64,000 nucleotides of DNA, from contig CAWBBV010000004.1 in assembly GCA_963787125.1 (NCBI GenBank), positions 64,001 through 128,000 on the forward strand. The letters run 5' to 3'. The notes under the pieces are model-generated. The model had not been told where the DNA came from. It saw nothing but the letters and a program-made list of their open reading frames with translations, and searched no databases. The stretch is from an uncultured delta proteobacterium (GTDB lineage Bacteria; Desulfobacterota; Desulfuromonadia; Geobacterales; DSM-12255). This document shows, one piece after another, positions 20,519-29,753 of this stretch. Position numbers and translations under genes: made by a program. Within the stretch, counting starts at the first letter, position 1. The number at the start of each line of letters is the position of its first letter.

Positions 20519-20568
20519 GATCCGGGGGCAGTTATTTAATTCAAAAGGCGGCCAAGCGGCCGCCTTTG
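20519..20568 (+). repeat. Repeat A+B composite
   Basis: GATCCGGGGGCAGTTATTTAATT-CAAAAGGCGGCCAAGCGGCCGCCTTTG. Confidence 0.9.
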
Positions 20569-20585
20569 TCGTTGTACGAAAGGGC

Positions 20586-21191
20586 TTACCGGCTCGCCCC
20601 GATCAGCCGCACGAAATCATCATAGGCGGCGAAACCGGTTAACCGCTTTCCGTCGCAGAGATGGGTGGGGACTGCGGTGATGCGCAGCTCCATGGCCAGC
20701 TGCCAATCGGCATCAACCGCTGCGGCATAGCTCCGCTCCAGCAGCACGGTCCGCGCCTCATCCGGGGACAGCCCGGCAACTGCGGCGATCCGGACCAACT
20801 CATCGACCAGGGCGATGTTGACCCCTTCGACGAAATATGCCCTGTAGACCGCATGGCGGAACTGTTCCCCCCGACCCTGCTCCTCCGCCCATTTCCCCAG
20901 TTCCTGGGCGAACCGGCTGTTGTAGGTACGGCTCCGTTCGACCAACGGCAGGTCCTCTGCCGCTGCTGTCTGCTGCAGCCGGGCCTGCATGTCGCGGATC
21001 ATTGCCTCCCGGCCGGCAAAGAGATCGGCAAGCTCCCTCCCCTCGGTTGGAGTCTCCGGGTGGAGCGGGAAAACTCTCCAGAGTAGCTGGACATTGTATT
21101 CCTTCTGGAGGCGATCGGTACGCACGGTACCGAGGTAGCACCAGGGTCAGATGTAATCGAAAAAGACCTCTACCACAGATGTGCTGTTCAT
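20586..21191 (-). CDS. DsbA/FrnE family oxidoreductase, selenoprotein candidate (UPWC)
   Basis: ATG 21191 with GGAGGAGG RBS gives MNSTSVVEVFFDYI-TGA-PWCYLG in frame with the 179-aa ORF; AVPT cis-Pro motif; hairpin just 3' of the TGA. Confidence 0.87.
21115..21133 (-). promoter_or_regulatory. SECIS-like hairpin
   Basis: TCGGTAC-CGTGC-GTACCGA, a perfect 7-bp stem beginning 13 nt after the in-frame TGA (21147-21149). Confidence 0.65.
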
Positions 21192-21214
21192 GGTGTCCTC
21201 CTCCCGGCAGTTTC

Positions 21215-21889
21215 TTAGAGCAGCCTCAATACCGCCTGCGCCGCCGGTTCCGATGAAGCGGGGTTCTGGCCGGTGATGAGATTACCGTCACTGATGACAT
21301 GGGACTGCCAGTCAGCCCCTTTGGAATATTTACCGCCGGTCTTGCGTAGTTCGTCCTCAACCAGGAACGGCACAATTGCAGTCAGACCGACCGCTGCTTC
21401 TTCGGTGTTTGAAAAGCCGGTGACTCCTTTTCCATTGACCAGCTGAGTACCATCTGCAGCCCGGGCATGGCGCAACACCCCGGGGGCATGACAAACCGCT
21501 GCAACCGGTTTCCCTTTGGCATACATGGTCTCGATCAGGGCGATGGAATCCCGGTCCTCTGCCAAATCCCACAAAGGCCCATGGCCGCCGGGATAAAAGA
21601 GCGCGTCATATTCATCCGCTATAACTGTCTTCAACGGTACGGTATGCTCCAGAATCGCCTGCGCTTCAGCGTCGTTGTTGAAACGCTCGGTGGCTGTTGT
21701 CTGGAAATCCTTTTCAGCACTCTTAGGGTCCAACGGCGGTTGTCCTCCTTTGGGCGAAGCCAGAGTGATCGTGGCTCCCGCATCCTTGAAGACATAGTAG
21801 GGGGCGGCGAACTCTTCCAGCCAGAAACCGGTCTTCTTTCCGGTTTTGCCAAGCTCATCGTGTGATGTCAGCACCATCAGTATCTTCAA
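21215..21889 (-). CDS. DJ-1/PfpI (Hsp31-like, class I glutamine amidotransferase fold) protein
   Basis: TGFWLEEFAAPY, PGGHGPLWDL, AVCHAP, ITGQNPASS; TTG start with GAGGAG RBS. Confidence 0.93.
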   Translation of the reverse strand: MKILMVLTSHDELGKTGKKTGFWLEEFAAPYYVFKDAGATITLASPKGGQPPLDPKSAEKDFQTTATERFNNDAEAQAILEHTVPLKTVIADEYDALFYPGGHGPLWDLAEDRDSIALIETMYAKGKPVAAVCHAPGVLRHARAADGTQLVNGKGVTGFSNTEEAAVGLTAIVPFLVEDELRKTGGKYSKGADWQSHVISDGNLITGQNPASSEPAAQAVLRLL

Positions 21890-22020
21890 GATCGGATCTC
21901 CTCGCGTGTGATGTCTCCGACTGCTCCGGCTTATGCCTGTCGGTTGATATATTGTACCTCATTTTGATTGAGTCACCAGATCGGGGCTAAAAATTGGAAG
22001 GGTCGTGACGGGGAGATCCT

Positions 22021-22060
22021 GGAACAGCAAAGGCGGCTGATTGGCCTCCTTTGCTGTTTC
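22021..22060 (-). repeat. Repeat B palindrome, inverted orientation
   Basis: Reverse complement GAAACAGCAAAGGAGGCCAATCAGCCGCCTTTGCTGTTCC. Confidence 0.85.
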
Positions 22061-22124
22061 AGACTATCTATCTGTGGCAATCATCCCGGCTACCCCGGCC
22101 ACCTGTCATAACAGGGCGCCACCC

Positions 22125-23171
22125 CTACTCCCGTACCCAGTGGCAGGTGTACCCTCCCGGGTTCTTCACCAGGTAGTCCTGATGATGCTCTTCAGCCCGC
22201 CACCAGGGACCGGCCGGGACGATCTCGGTGACGATCGGCCGCTTCCACTTGCCGCTGGCATCCACCTCGGCCTTGACCTTTTGGGCGATCCGCTGCTGCT
22301 CTGCGTCATGGTAGAAAATGGCGCTCCGATAGCTGGAGCCCGTATCGTTCCCCTGGCGGTTCAGGGTGGTCGGATCGTGCATCCGGAAGAAGAAGCGAAG
22401 CAGGGCCTCAAAGCTGGTCCTGGTCGGATCGAATTCGATCCGCACCGCTTCGGCATGCCCCTCATGGTTACCATAGGTGGCGTTCGCCACCTTCCCGCCG
22501 GTATAGCCCACCTCCGTGGCGATCACCCCCGGCTGCTGGCGCAACAGATCCTCCATCCCCCAGAAACAGCCGCCGGCCAGGGTTGCGAACTGCTGCGCCG
22601 CTGCTGCCGAGGCCTTCCGGCCGAAGAGGGGGAGCCAGGCGCCGTAGCCGGCCTTCTCCAGGTCATCCACCGGGATGAAGCGGAGCGAAGCGGAGTTGAT
22701 GCAGTAGCGTAGCCCCCCCTTGTCCCGCGGCCCGTCGGTGAAGATGTGCCCCAGATGGGAGTCGGCCTCGGCCGAGCGGACCTCGGTCCGGACCATGCCG
22801 AAGTTGCTGTCCTTGTTCTCCTTCACGTGGTCCGGGGCGACCGGCCTGGTAAAGCTGGGCCAACCGGTGCCGGACTCAAACTTGTCCAGGGAGGAGAAGA
22901 GCGGCTCGCCGCTGACAATGTCCACGTAGAGCCCTTCGCGATGATTGTTCCAGTATTCGTTGTCGAACGGCGGCTCGGTCCCCGCCTTCCGGGTGACGTT
23001 GTACTGCAGCGGCGTCAGGCGCTTTTGCAGCTCTTCGTCAGCATATTTTTTCCCTGTCATGGTCGTCTCCTTTCCGGCAACCTGGTCCACCACGCGGAGA
23101 GGACGAACCATCACCGCCAGCACCAGAAGTGCCGTCATAATTCCTAATACCGTCAATATTTTCCTTTTCAT
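22125..23171 (-). CDS. Bifunctional methionine sulfoxide reductase MsrB-MsrA with N-terminal signal/anchor
   Basis: [24 protein letters not shown] (MsrB) then [21 protein letters not shown] (MsrA). Confidence 0.95.
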   Translation of the reverse strand: MKRKILTVLGIMTALLVLAVMVRPLRVVDQVAGKETTMTGKKYADEELQKRLTPLQYNVTRKAGTEPPFDNEYWNNHREGLYVDIVSGEPLFSSLDKFESGTGWPSFTRPVAPDHVKENKDSNFGMVRTEVRSAEADSHLGHIFTDGPRDKGGLRYCINSASLRFIPVDDLEKAGYGAWLPLFGRKASAAAAQQFATLAGGCFWGMEDLLRQQPGVIATEVGYTGGKVANATYGNHEGHAEAVRIEFDPTRTSFEALLRFFFRMHDPTTLNRQGNDTGSSYRSAIFYHDAEQQRIAQKVKAEVDASGKWKRPIVTEIVPAGPWWRAEEHHQDYLVKNPGGYTCHWVRE

Positions 23172-23420
23172 GCTGGTGCCTCGCTGCCCGTTTCATTCTG
23201 CGTGGAGCAATTGAATCCCGCTTTGTATCCAGGCGTCACGGCTCCGTTCCCATTTCACCCCAACCGCCGGGATAAATTAAGCGCCTACATTTTTAGTATA
23301 ACATACCAATTAACTCCTGAGGCAAGAATATGGCAGTATCTACCTTTGTAATTTTATCCAGGGAACGCCCATATTTTCACTTGTAACATCTCAGGCTTTA
23401 CTGGAACAGCTTACTGATTA

Positions 23421-23450
23421 CAAAAGGGAGCCAATCGGCCGCCTTTGCTG
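23421..23450 (+). repeat. Degenerate repeat B
   Basis: CAAAAGGGAGCCAATCGGCCGCCTTTGCTG. Confidence 0.8.
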
Positions 23451-23555
23451 TATAGTAGTTAGCACCTGGATGACGTAGCTGTCTGACGCTGATATTCGAC
23501 CGACCGGTCATGACGAACTGTGCTGGGTACAAGATTCAGCGCGAGGAAAGGTTAC

Positions 23556-24437
23556 ATGGGAATAGCTAAACATCCTTCAGTAGTTACCATGCCTGAAACC
23601 GCCAGACCGTACCCGTCCCTCCTTGTTTTCCTGTGCGGGCGGTTCCCGGCCATTCCCCGGGAGATCTGGGCGCAAAGAATTGCCGCGGGAAAAGTCCTGG
23701 ACGAGCATGGCCAGCGACTGACGCAGGAGACTGAATACGCCCCTTTGCGGCGTATTTTTTATTTCCGCGAGGTTGTTTGTGAACCGCACATCCCTTTTGC
23801 CGAGAAAATCCTCTTTCTCGATGATGAGATTCTGGTCGCCTGCAAACCCCATTTCCTTCCGGTGACCCCGGGTGGACGCTATGTTGACGAATGTCTGTTG
23901 AACCGGTTGCGCAGCAGTACAGGAATTGAAGATCTGGTGCCGCTGCACCGTATAGATCGCGGCACAGCCGGCCTGGTTCTCTTCTCGGTCAATAAAAAGA
24001 GCAGGGGGCGCTACGCCGGACTCTTCCTGAACAGGCTGATTGAAAAGACCTATCAGGCAGTGGCGGCATGTCAGCCTCTGCAGGAAACAGCCTCATGGCA
24101 GGTGGAGACAAGAATAGAGCGGGGCGAACCGGGGTTTCTGATGAAGACGGCATCCGGCAGGGTCAATGCCAGTTCTTCCATCAAGCTGGTGGAAGTCAGG
24201 GGAGAACTGGCCCGCTTTACCCTGCGGCCGCACACCGGCAAAACCCATCAGCTGCGGATTCACATGAGCGGCATCGGCTTTGCGATACTAAATGACAGCT
24301 ACTATCCAAAGCTGCTGGCCGAAAGCGATGATAATTTTGCCGCACCGCTCCAGCTGCTGGCGCAAAGGCTCTGTTTCAAGGACCCTCTGAGCGGCAGGAG
24401 CAGAGAGTTCAGCTCCGGCCGCGAGCTGTTATGGTGA
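23556..24437 (+). CDS. RluA family pseudouridine synthase
   Basis: KPHFLPVTPGG, LHRIDRGTAGL, TGKTHQLRIHM. Confidence 0.93.
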   Translation: MGIAKHPSVVTMPETARPYPSLLVFLCGRFPAIPREIWAQRIAAGKVLDEHGQRLTQETEYAPLRRIFYFREVVCEPHIPFAEKILFLDDEILVACKPHFLPVTPGGRYVDECLLNRLRSSTGIEDLVPLHRIDRGTAGLVLFSVNKKSRGRYAGLFLNRLIEKTYQAVAACQPLQETASWQVETRIERGEPGFLMKTASGRVNASSSIKLVEVRGELARFTLRPHTGKTHQLRIHMSGIGFAILNDSYYPKLLAESDDNFAAPLQLLAQRLCFKDPLSGRSREFSSGRELLW

Positions 24438-24473
24438 TGATTTCACTGATATATGCAGGACATTTTTTCACTA

Positions 24474-24507
24474 CAAAAGGCAACCGATCGGCCGCCTTTG
24501 CTGTTTC
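24474..24507 (+). repeat. Degenerate repeat B
   Basis: CAAAAGGCAACCGATCGGCCGCCTTTGCTGTTTC. Confidence 0.8.
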
Positions 24508-24531
24508 TGCCTGCCACCCGCATGACTTCCC

Positions 24532-24798
24532 ATGCCCCCGCGGGAATGTGCCTTTCTCGCGGCCATGCTTCCAGGGCCACAAAAGGTTTACAATCCGTAC
24601 CGGCATCTGGATCGGGTGCTGAAGCGCTCCGACACCATCCTGGGACTGTTGCGCCAGAAGGGCGTACTGAACGAGGCGGAGTACCGGCTGGCCCTGGCGG
24701 AGACACCCAATATCACTGGGATGCAGCGGAAAGTGGACCAAAGCTTCACGGCCAAGGCAAGGCGATTCTTCAAGGATCTGTTCGGGTTTTTCCGGTGA
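24532..24798 (+). pseudogene. C-terminal fragment of a peptidoglycan transglycosylase (MtgA/PBP GT51-like)
   Basis: ECAFLAAMLPGPQKVYNPY...RSDTILGLLRQKGVLNEAEY resembles the GT51 motif-5 tail; the catalytic N-terminal part is absent. Confidence 0.7.
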
Positions 24799-24828
24799 GC
24801 AGGCAAGTTATTGGGTTCAGGAGGGTGG

Positions 24829-24878
24829 ACTTCAGGGGACAATACTATAATTCAAAAGGCAACAAACGGTGACTCTCT
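24829..24878 (+). repeat. Repeat A+B composite (last copy seen in the array)
   Basis: ACTTCAGGGGACAATACTATAATT-CAAAAGGCAACAAACGGTGACTCTC. Confidence 0.8.
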
Positions 24879-24895
24879 TATTCCTTAAAGCCAGC

Positions 24896-26965
24896 TCACA
24901 CCAGTGTCATCCTGGTCGGCTGAAAGGCGGCCGATAAATCAGCTTCAGAGCTGTTCTGGACTATTTCGTGAAGGACGATGCAATCGCGCCCCTCTGCTTT
25001 TGCCTGCTGGAGTGCGTTTTCAGCTGCGGCCAGCAGCACGGCAGCTTCCCTGGCATCTTCCGGAAAGGTTGCCACGCCGACGCTTGCCGACATTTTTTTG
25101 GCCGGGAGGCTCTCTTGCCCGGGGATTTTCAACCGTCTCACCGCTTTTCTGATCCGATCAGCCACGGGCAGTGCCGCTGCTTTCGGCGTTCCGGGCAGTA
25201 TCAGGCAAAAGGTTGCGCTATTCCAGCTGCAGACCACGTCCATCTCTCTTGACGAACGGTTAATCGCAGCAACTATCTTTTTGGTCAGGGCCGCAGCCGC
25301 ACCAGCGCCGCAGAGAGAAGCGTAGAGACTGAGATGATCCAGCTCTATAAACAACAGGGTAAATTGCAGCTCCTGGCGGAGACTTCGGTTGAGCTCTTCT
25401 GCCACTCTTTTATCGAGAAAACTCCGGTTATACAGATTCGTTACCGGGTCGACTGCAGACAGGTTAAGGAGCAGCTCGGTCTGCTGCCGGGACTCAGTCC
25501 TTTCCAGAACCATGACAGCCTGGCCAAGCAGCAAGGAGAGGAGTTGCAGGTCGTTTTCGGTGAAGATGTCCTGCCCGGCCTTATCTGCCAGATTCAAAAC
25601 GCCAAGAATCTTGTCACCACCCCGGAATGGGGCGCTGATGAAGGATTTTGTTTTGTAGCGCGGCCGGTTGGTTGTCGCCACCCTGCTGTCGGTCTCAATG
25701 TCATTTACTACTATCGCCTGACCGGTGGCGGCAACTTTACCGGCAATCCCTTCGCCAATCTTTATGTTGAAGCTTTTGGAAAGCTCTTTATTCAGTCCTA
25801 AAGCCGCAACTATTTTCAATGAGTGGCCGGACTCATCGAGCAGCATCAGCGACCCGGCTGACGCCCCAAGAAAATCGGCAGCTATGGAGAGTATTCTTGA
25901 GTGCAGTTCTTTGATGGTCCGGACTTCGAGCATGGTGGTAGTCATGGCAAGCAACCTTGCCGGCAAAGACGAACCGGAGTATTGGTTGGCCTCATTGTGC
26001 AGCTGCTGCAACCTGGATGCTGCCCGGCCGGTCAGGATCTCAGCCAGAAGGGCGTCTCTTGGTTGCAGCGCCAAATCAGGGAGGAGAATGCAGCCAAACA
26101 GTTCTGTCCCGGCCATGAGCGGAAGAAAGGTGGCACTCCGGGCACTGATCTCCCGGAACATTTCACCTGTTTCAGAGGCAAGTTGCAGGGAGCGTTCACC
26201 CGGATGCTCGGCCATGAGCTGCTGAATCGCGCATTTTGATGTTTGGCCAAGATCGGCAGGCAGCCCCCAGGTACCCCTGATCGTAAAAGCGTCGTTGTCA
26301 TGCCCGGAGATTGCAATTGCTATCTGTTGACAGTCAAAGAGAATTCCGAAAGATTCACTGAGCAACGAAATCACCTCGTCACGGGTTTCCCCTCTATCAA
26401 GCTGCGTGGAGATGCCGACAACAGAGTTGAGGCGCGACACAGTGGTTTCAAAGAGATGGTTATGCACGCTGGAGCTCATGATGGAAGGGAGAATGCGGTG
26501 GACTCTGTCTGCCGCTTCACGCACATCCTCCAGTTCAACCACCGGCAGATTGCCCAACCTGTCAAGAACAGTGAAAGGTTTTATCTTTGCTGAGCGACTC
26601 ATGCTTTCAAGATAGAAGAGATTTATGGAACTGGTTCTGACGCCCCAGGCTATGAGGCACCTGTTTGCAACTGCGGGGTCAGTGAGGCGGATGACAAAGC
26701 CAAGCAGGCCCAGGGGACAGCGGCCGACAACCGGAACATCCCGGGCAAATGCCTCGCGCAGGGCATCTTCAAGGGGGAGAGTACAACTCTTGCCGCAGCT
26801 GGCAGTTGCGCCGCGGAGCCCGCAGAGCTTGCCGGAAACCATATTTTTTGCCACAATACCTTCACCCTGCACGTAAAGCGCCAGGCTGTAAGGCGCTGTA
26901 AAGGAATACGTGCGGAGTGAATCGAGCATGTCAACAGGGTTTAAGGTGGTTGTTTTGCGCTGCAA
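24896..26965 (-). CDS. Sensor/GAF/GGDEF domain protein with a degenerate active site
   Basis: GEGIAGKVA GAF motif; DPVTNLYNR; REMDVVCSWNSATF in place of RxxDxxxRxGGDEF; TTG start with AGGAG RBS. Confidence 0.85.
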   Translation of the reverse strand: MQRKTTTLNPVDMLDSLRTYSFTAPYSLALYVQGEGIVAKNMVSGKLCGLRGATASCGKSCTLPLEDALREAFARDVPVVGRCPLGLLGFVIRLTDPAVANRCLIAWGVRTSSINLFYLESMSRSAKIKPFTVLDRLGNLPVVELEDVREAADRVHRILPSIMSSSVHNHLFETTVSRLNSVVGISTQLDRGETRDEVISLLSESFGILFDCQQIAIAISGHDNDAFTIRGTWGLPADLGQTSKCAIQQLMAEHPGERSLQLASETGEMFREISARSATFLPLMAGTELFGCILLPDLALQPRDALLAEILTGRAASRLQQLHNEANQYSGSSLPARLLAMTTTMLEVRTIKELHSRILSIAADFLGASAGSLMLLDESGHSLKIVAALGLNKELSKSFNIKIGEGIAGKVAATGQAIVVNDIETDSRVATTNRPRYKTKSFISAPFRGGDKILGVLNLADKAGQDIFTENDLQLLSLLLGQAVMVLERTESRQQTELLLNLSAVDPVTNLYNRSFLDKRVAEELNRSLRQELQFTLLFIELDHLSLYASLCGAGAAAALTKKIVAAINRSSREMDVVCSWNSATFCLILPGTPKAAALPVADRIRKAVRRLKIPGQESLPAKKMSASVGVATFPEDAREAAVLLAAAENALQQAKAEGRDCIVLHEIVQNSSEADLSAAFQPTRMTLV

Positions 26966-27006
26966 AGAGATCTCCTGGCCCTGACAAACAAATAACTTCC
27001 AGCTGA

Positions 27007-28389
27007 CTAAACAGCTCCGCCAACAGTCATCCCGCTGATTAACAACGTCGGCTGGGCATCAGAGACGGGCACCCCCTGCCCTTCTTTGCCGCAGGTGCCA
27101 ATACCGAAGCCAAGATCAGTGCCTACCATCAGGATATTTTTCAGAACCTCCGGACCGCTGCCGGTTAGGGTCGCCCCTCGTACCGGCTCACCGATAGCAC
27201 CGTTTTCCAGCATGTATCCTTCCGCCACTTCAAACATGAAATCGCCGGTAACGGTATTCACCTGTCCGCCCCCCATTTTCCTGACAAAAAGCCCCTTCTG
27301 CACGCTTTTGACGATCTCTTCGGGCGGAGTGGAGCCGGAGGCGATGAGCGTATTGGTCATCCGGACTATCGGTTTGGCCTGATATGACTCCCGGCGACCG
27401 TTGCCCGTTGAGTTGCAGCCAGCCTTCATGGCTGTCAGCCGGTCGTAAAGATACCCCTTGAGAATGCCATTTTCCACCAATATGTTTTTCTGCCCCGGGA
27501 CCCCTTCACTGTCATAGGGGTTCGAGCCCCTGGCGTAAGGGATGGTAGCATCATCTATGACCGTTACCAGTGGTGAGGCGACCTGCTCTCCCAGCCTGCC
27601 CTGATAAACCGAGACGCCCCCCTGCACCAGATCGGCTTCAAGCCCGTGACCGATCGCCTCATGGACCATTGTGCCGCCAGCCTCGGAAGAAAGGACTACC
27701 GGCATCATCCCGCCCGGCGCCCTTCTTGCCGTGAGCATCATGTCCGCACGCCGGGCTGCTGCCAGTGCGATCTCGACGGCGCTTCTCCCGCTGAAAAGCT
27801 CAAAGCCGCGGCAAGCTCCGGCAGACTCATAACCGGTCTGCATGACGTCGCCATTGCCGGCAACCACCTGGGCGGCGAACATCGTCCCGACCCGTCTGCT
27901 CTCAATAAACTCACCCAAAGAGTTGACGGTCTGGACCCTGGCTGCGCCGTCACGATAAACGGTCATTACCTGGCGAATAGAGGCGGACGACTGCCGTGCG
28001 CTCTTTTCTGCTTGCGCGACAAGAGCAACTTTGTCGGTGAGAGGCACCGTTTCAGGGTGCAGAGTTATTGGCAGAAAGCTGGCAATAACAGCCGGGTGGA
28101 TAATGATATCACGGTCGAAGTTTTTCCCTTTTACCCCGTTACTGACGGCTGTTGCCAGTTCAAGGAGTGCTTTCTCGGTCACGTCGTTGGTATAGCCGAA
28201 GGCGGTACGAAAATCACTTATTACCCTGATACTTGCGCCCCTGTCAGAAACACAGAGAACTCTTTCAATTTTGCCGTCTTCAGCAACTACCTGGGTTGAA
28301 GTGCCCTCTTCAAGATAAATCTCGGAGAACTCGCCCCCAGAGGCAAGCGCCTGGCGAAGAATCGCCGCTGTATTCATATTTTCTAGCAT
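27007..28389 (-). CDS. tldD: TldD/PmbA family metalloprotease (TldD type)
   Basis: HEAIGHGLEAD, STGNGRRESY, RMTNT, GTCGKEGQ. Confidence 0.92.
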   Translation of the reverse strand: MLENMNTAAILRQALASGGEFSEIYLEEGTSTQVVAEDGKIERVLCVSDRGASIRVISDFRTAFGYTNDVTEKALLELATAVSNGVKGKNFDRDIIIHPAVIASFLPITLHPETVPLTDKVALVAQAEKSARQSSASIRQVMTVYRDGAARVQTVNSLGEFIESRRVGTMFAAQVVAGNGDVMQTGYESAGACRGFELFSGRSAVEIALAAARRADMMLTARRAPGGMMPVVLSSEAGGTMVHEAIGHGLEADLVQGGVSVYQGRLGEQVASPLVTVIDDATIPYARGSNPYDSEGVPGQKNILVENGILKGYLYDRLTAMKAGCNSTGNGRRESYQAKPIVRMTNTLIASGSTPPEEIVKSVQKGLFVRKMGGGQVNTVTGDFMFEVAEGYMLENGAIGEPVRGATLTGSGPEVLKNILMVGTDLGFGIGTCGKEGQGVPVSDAQPTLLISGMTVGGAV

Positions 28390-28658
28390 GACTGGACTTC
28401 TCCGGGGGCAAAAAATAGTTCCTGAATAGTGATCTCTGCGCCGATTGCCTCTAAAACGGACTGGATGTCAGCTTCAAAACCAGCCTGAATTGACAGGCGG
28501 ACAACCCCTGCTTTAGGCTCAACAGTTGAAAGGGTCGACATCCCTTCATAAGCTTCAAGGATAAATTTCAGATAAACCAGGTCACAACGCTCTATTTTAA
28601 AAAAGCGGACAACGGCTTCCGGCAGTAACGTTGCGTCACTCTCCCTGGATGGCAACAT
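28383..28658 (-). CDS. DUF4911 domain protein (start uncertain)
   Basis: DLVYLKFILEAYEGMSTLST motif; sits between the deacetylase and tldD. Confidence 0.75.
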   Translation of the reverse strand: MLPSRESDATLLPEAVVRFFKIERCDLVYLKFILEAYEGMSTLSTVEPKAGVVRLSIQAGFEADIQSVLEAIGAEITIQELFFAPGEVQSC

Positions 28659-29532
28659 CGCCCGCCCTCCCGGGGAGTTCCCCCATCTCAATGGTGCAGG
28701 CAGGAGCCGAAGTGCCATGCTCGCATGCCGCTTCGGCAAGAGTTGTGAATGTGACGCCGGCAGCGACAAGTTTTTTCAGAAGGTCGATGAAAACTCCGGC
28801 AAGGATCCCGCCCTCCATCTCTGCATGAATAGTGTGGACATTCAGTCCCGGGACAAGCAAGGAGAGGTAGTGATCGTTTACTGTCTCCTCCGATATGCCG
28901 TTCTCGCCGAGGATCTCGTCCATGGTCGGCCAGGTCGTTGGAATCTGGAGAGTTCTGAAGCGCCTGCCGGCCATGACCGGATAAAAAGGGTGCCTGCCAC
29001 GACTGTCACTGCAGTAGTCAAGTCCCATGGCGTCCTGCACTTCCAGCGAATCTTGAGAGACTGTCCATCCGGGGGCAGCCGTGGTCCGGGCTCTTCTTTT
29101 GTAAATCGCCTCAAACTGGCTGCCGGCTTTGCCGAGCTCCATTGCGGTTACCGCTTTGGGAAACCAGGGGAGCAAGTCGTGCCATTTAACATGATCCCAG
29201 CAGTGGATGCCGGTTTCATGCCCTCGCTTCTCAGTCTCGCGCAGCATGTCAGGGAATGATTTTGCAATAAGTGGTGCGGGCAGGAGCGTGCCGTAGAGCA
29301 TTGTCTTCAGGCCGTAAGCCGCCGGAGCTCTTGTCCGCAGCATCTTTTTCAGAAACCCTTTTCGGGTAAAGAGTCGCCTTATCGCTTTTCCCGAGTTGTC
29401 AGGCCCCATTGAAAAGTAGAAAGTTGCCTTGATCCCGAAGCTGTCCAGAATTGAAAGCAGCTTGGGAACCCCGTCACGGGTCCCGGCATAGGTGTCCACA
29501 TCTACTTTAAGGGCTACAACTGAAGTTGACAT
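28636..29532 (-). CDS. ArnD-like polysaccharide deacetylase / Ara4FN deformylase
   Basis: LKVDVDTYAGTRDGVP, SMGPDNSG, HCWDHVKWHD, HTIHAEMEG. Confidence 0.87.
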   Translation of the reverse strand: MSTSVVALKVDVDTYAGTRDGVPKLLSILDSFGIKATFYFSMGPDNSGKAIRRLFTRKGFLKKMLRTRAPAAYGLKTMLYGTLLPAPLIAKSFPDMLRETEKRGHETGIHCWDHVKWHDLLPWFPKAVTAMELGKAGSQFEAIYKRRARTTAAPGWTVSQDSLEVQDAMGLDYCSDSRGRHPFYPVMAGRRFRTLQIPTTWPTMDEILGENGISEETVNDHYLSLLVPGLNVHTIHAEMEGGILAGVFIDLLKKLVAAGVTFTTLAEAACEHGTSAPACTIEMGELPGRAGDVAIQGE

Positions 29533-29753
29533 TTAGAGCCTGTTACCAGCGGTTTAATTGTTGATGATAAGTTGTCAAATGTAATATATAGTTCCGACTG
29601 TTGGCAAGCAGTTATGATTAGTAAAAATAATTCGGAAAACATGTCAGAAAAACATTGACTTTGCAGTTAGGGTAGGAATAATGTATCTATTCGATTGAAT
29701 CACACCCTGTTTTTAACAGTGGTCAATAAACAAAAGGAAAGAGGTAGTATCAA

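Noticed and set aside
4524..24878. A/B repeats as a CRISPR array
   Set aside because: Spacing is 0.1-2 kb and irregular, the intervals are genes, the copies are degenerate, and no cas genes are present.
4524..24878. A/B repeats as classical integron attC sites
   Set aside because: No RYYYAAC...GTTRRRY ends, mixed gene orientation and no tyrosine recombinase in the window. A covariance-model search would be needed to exclude this fully.
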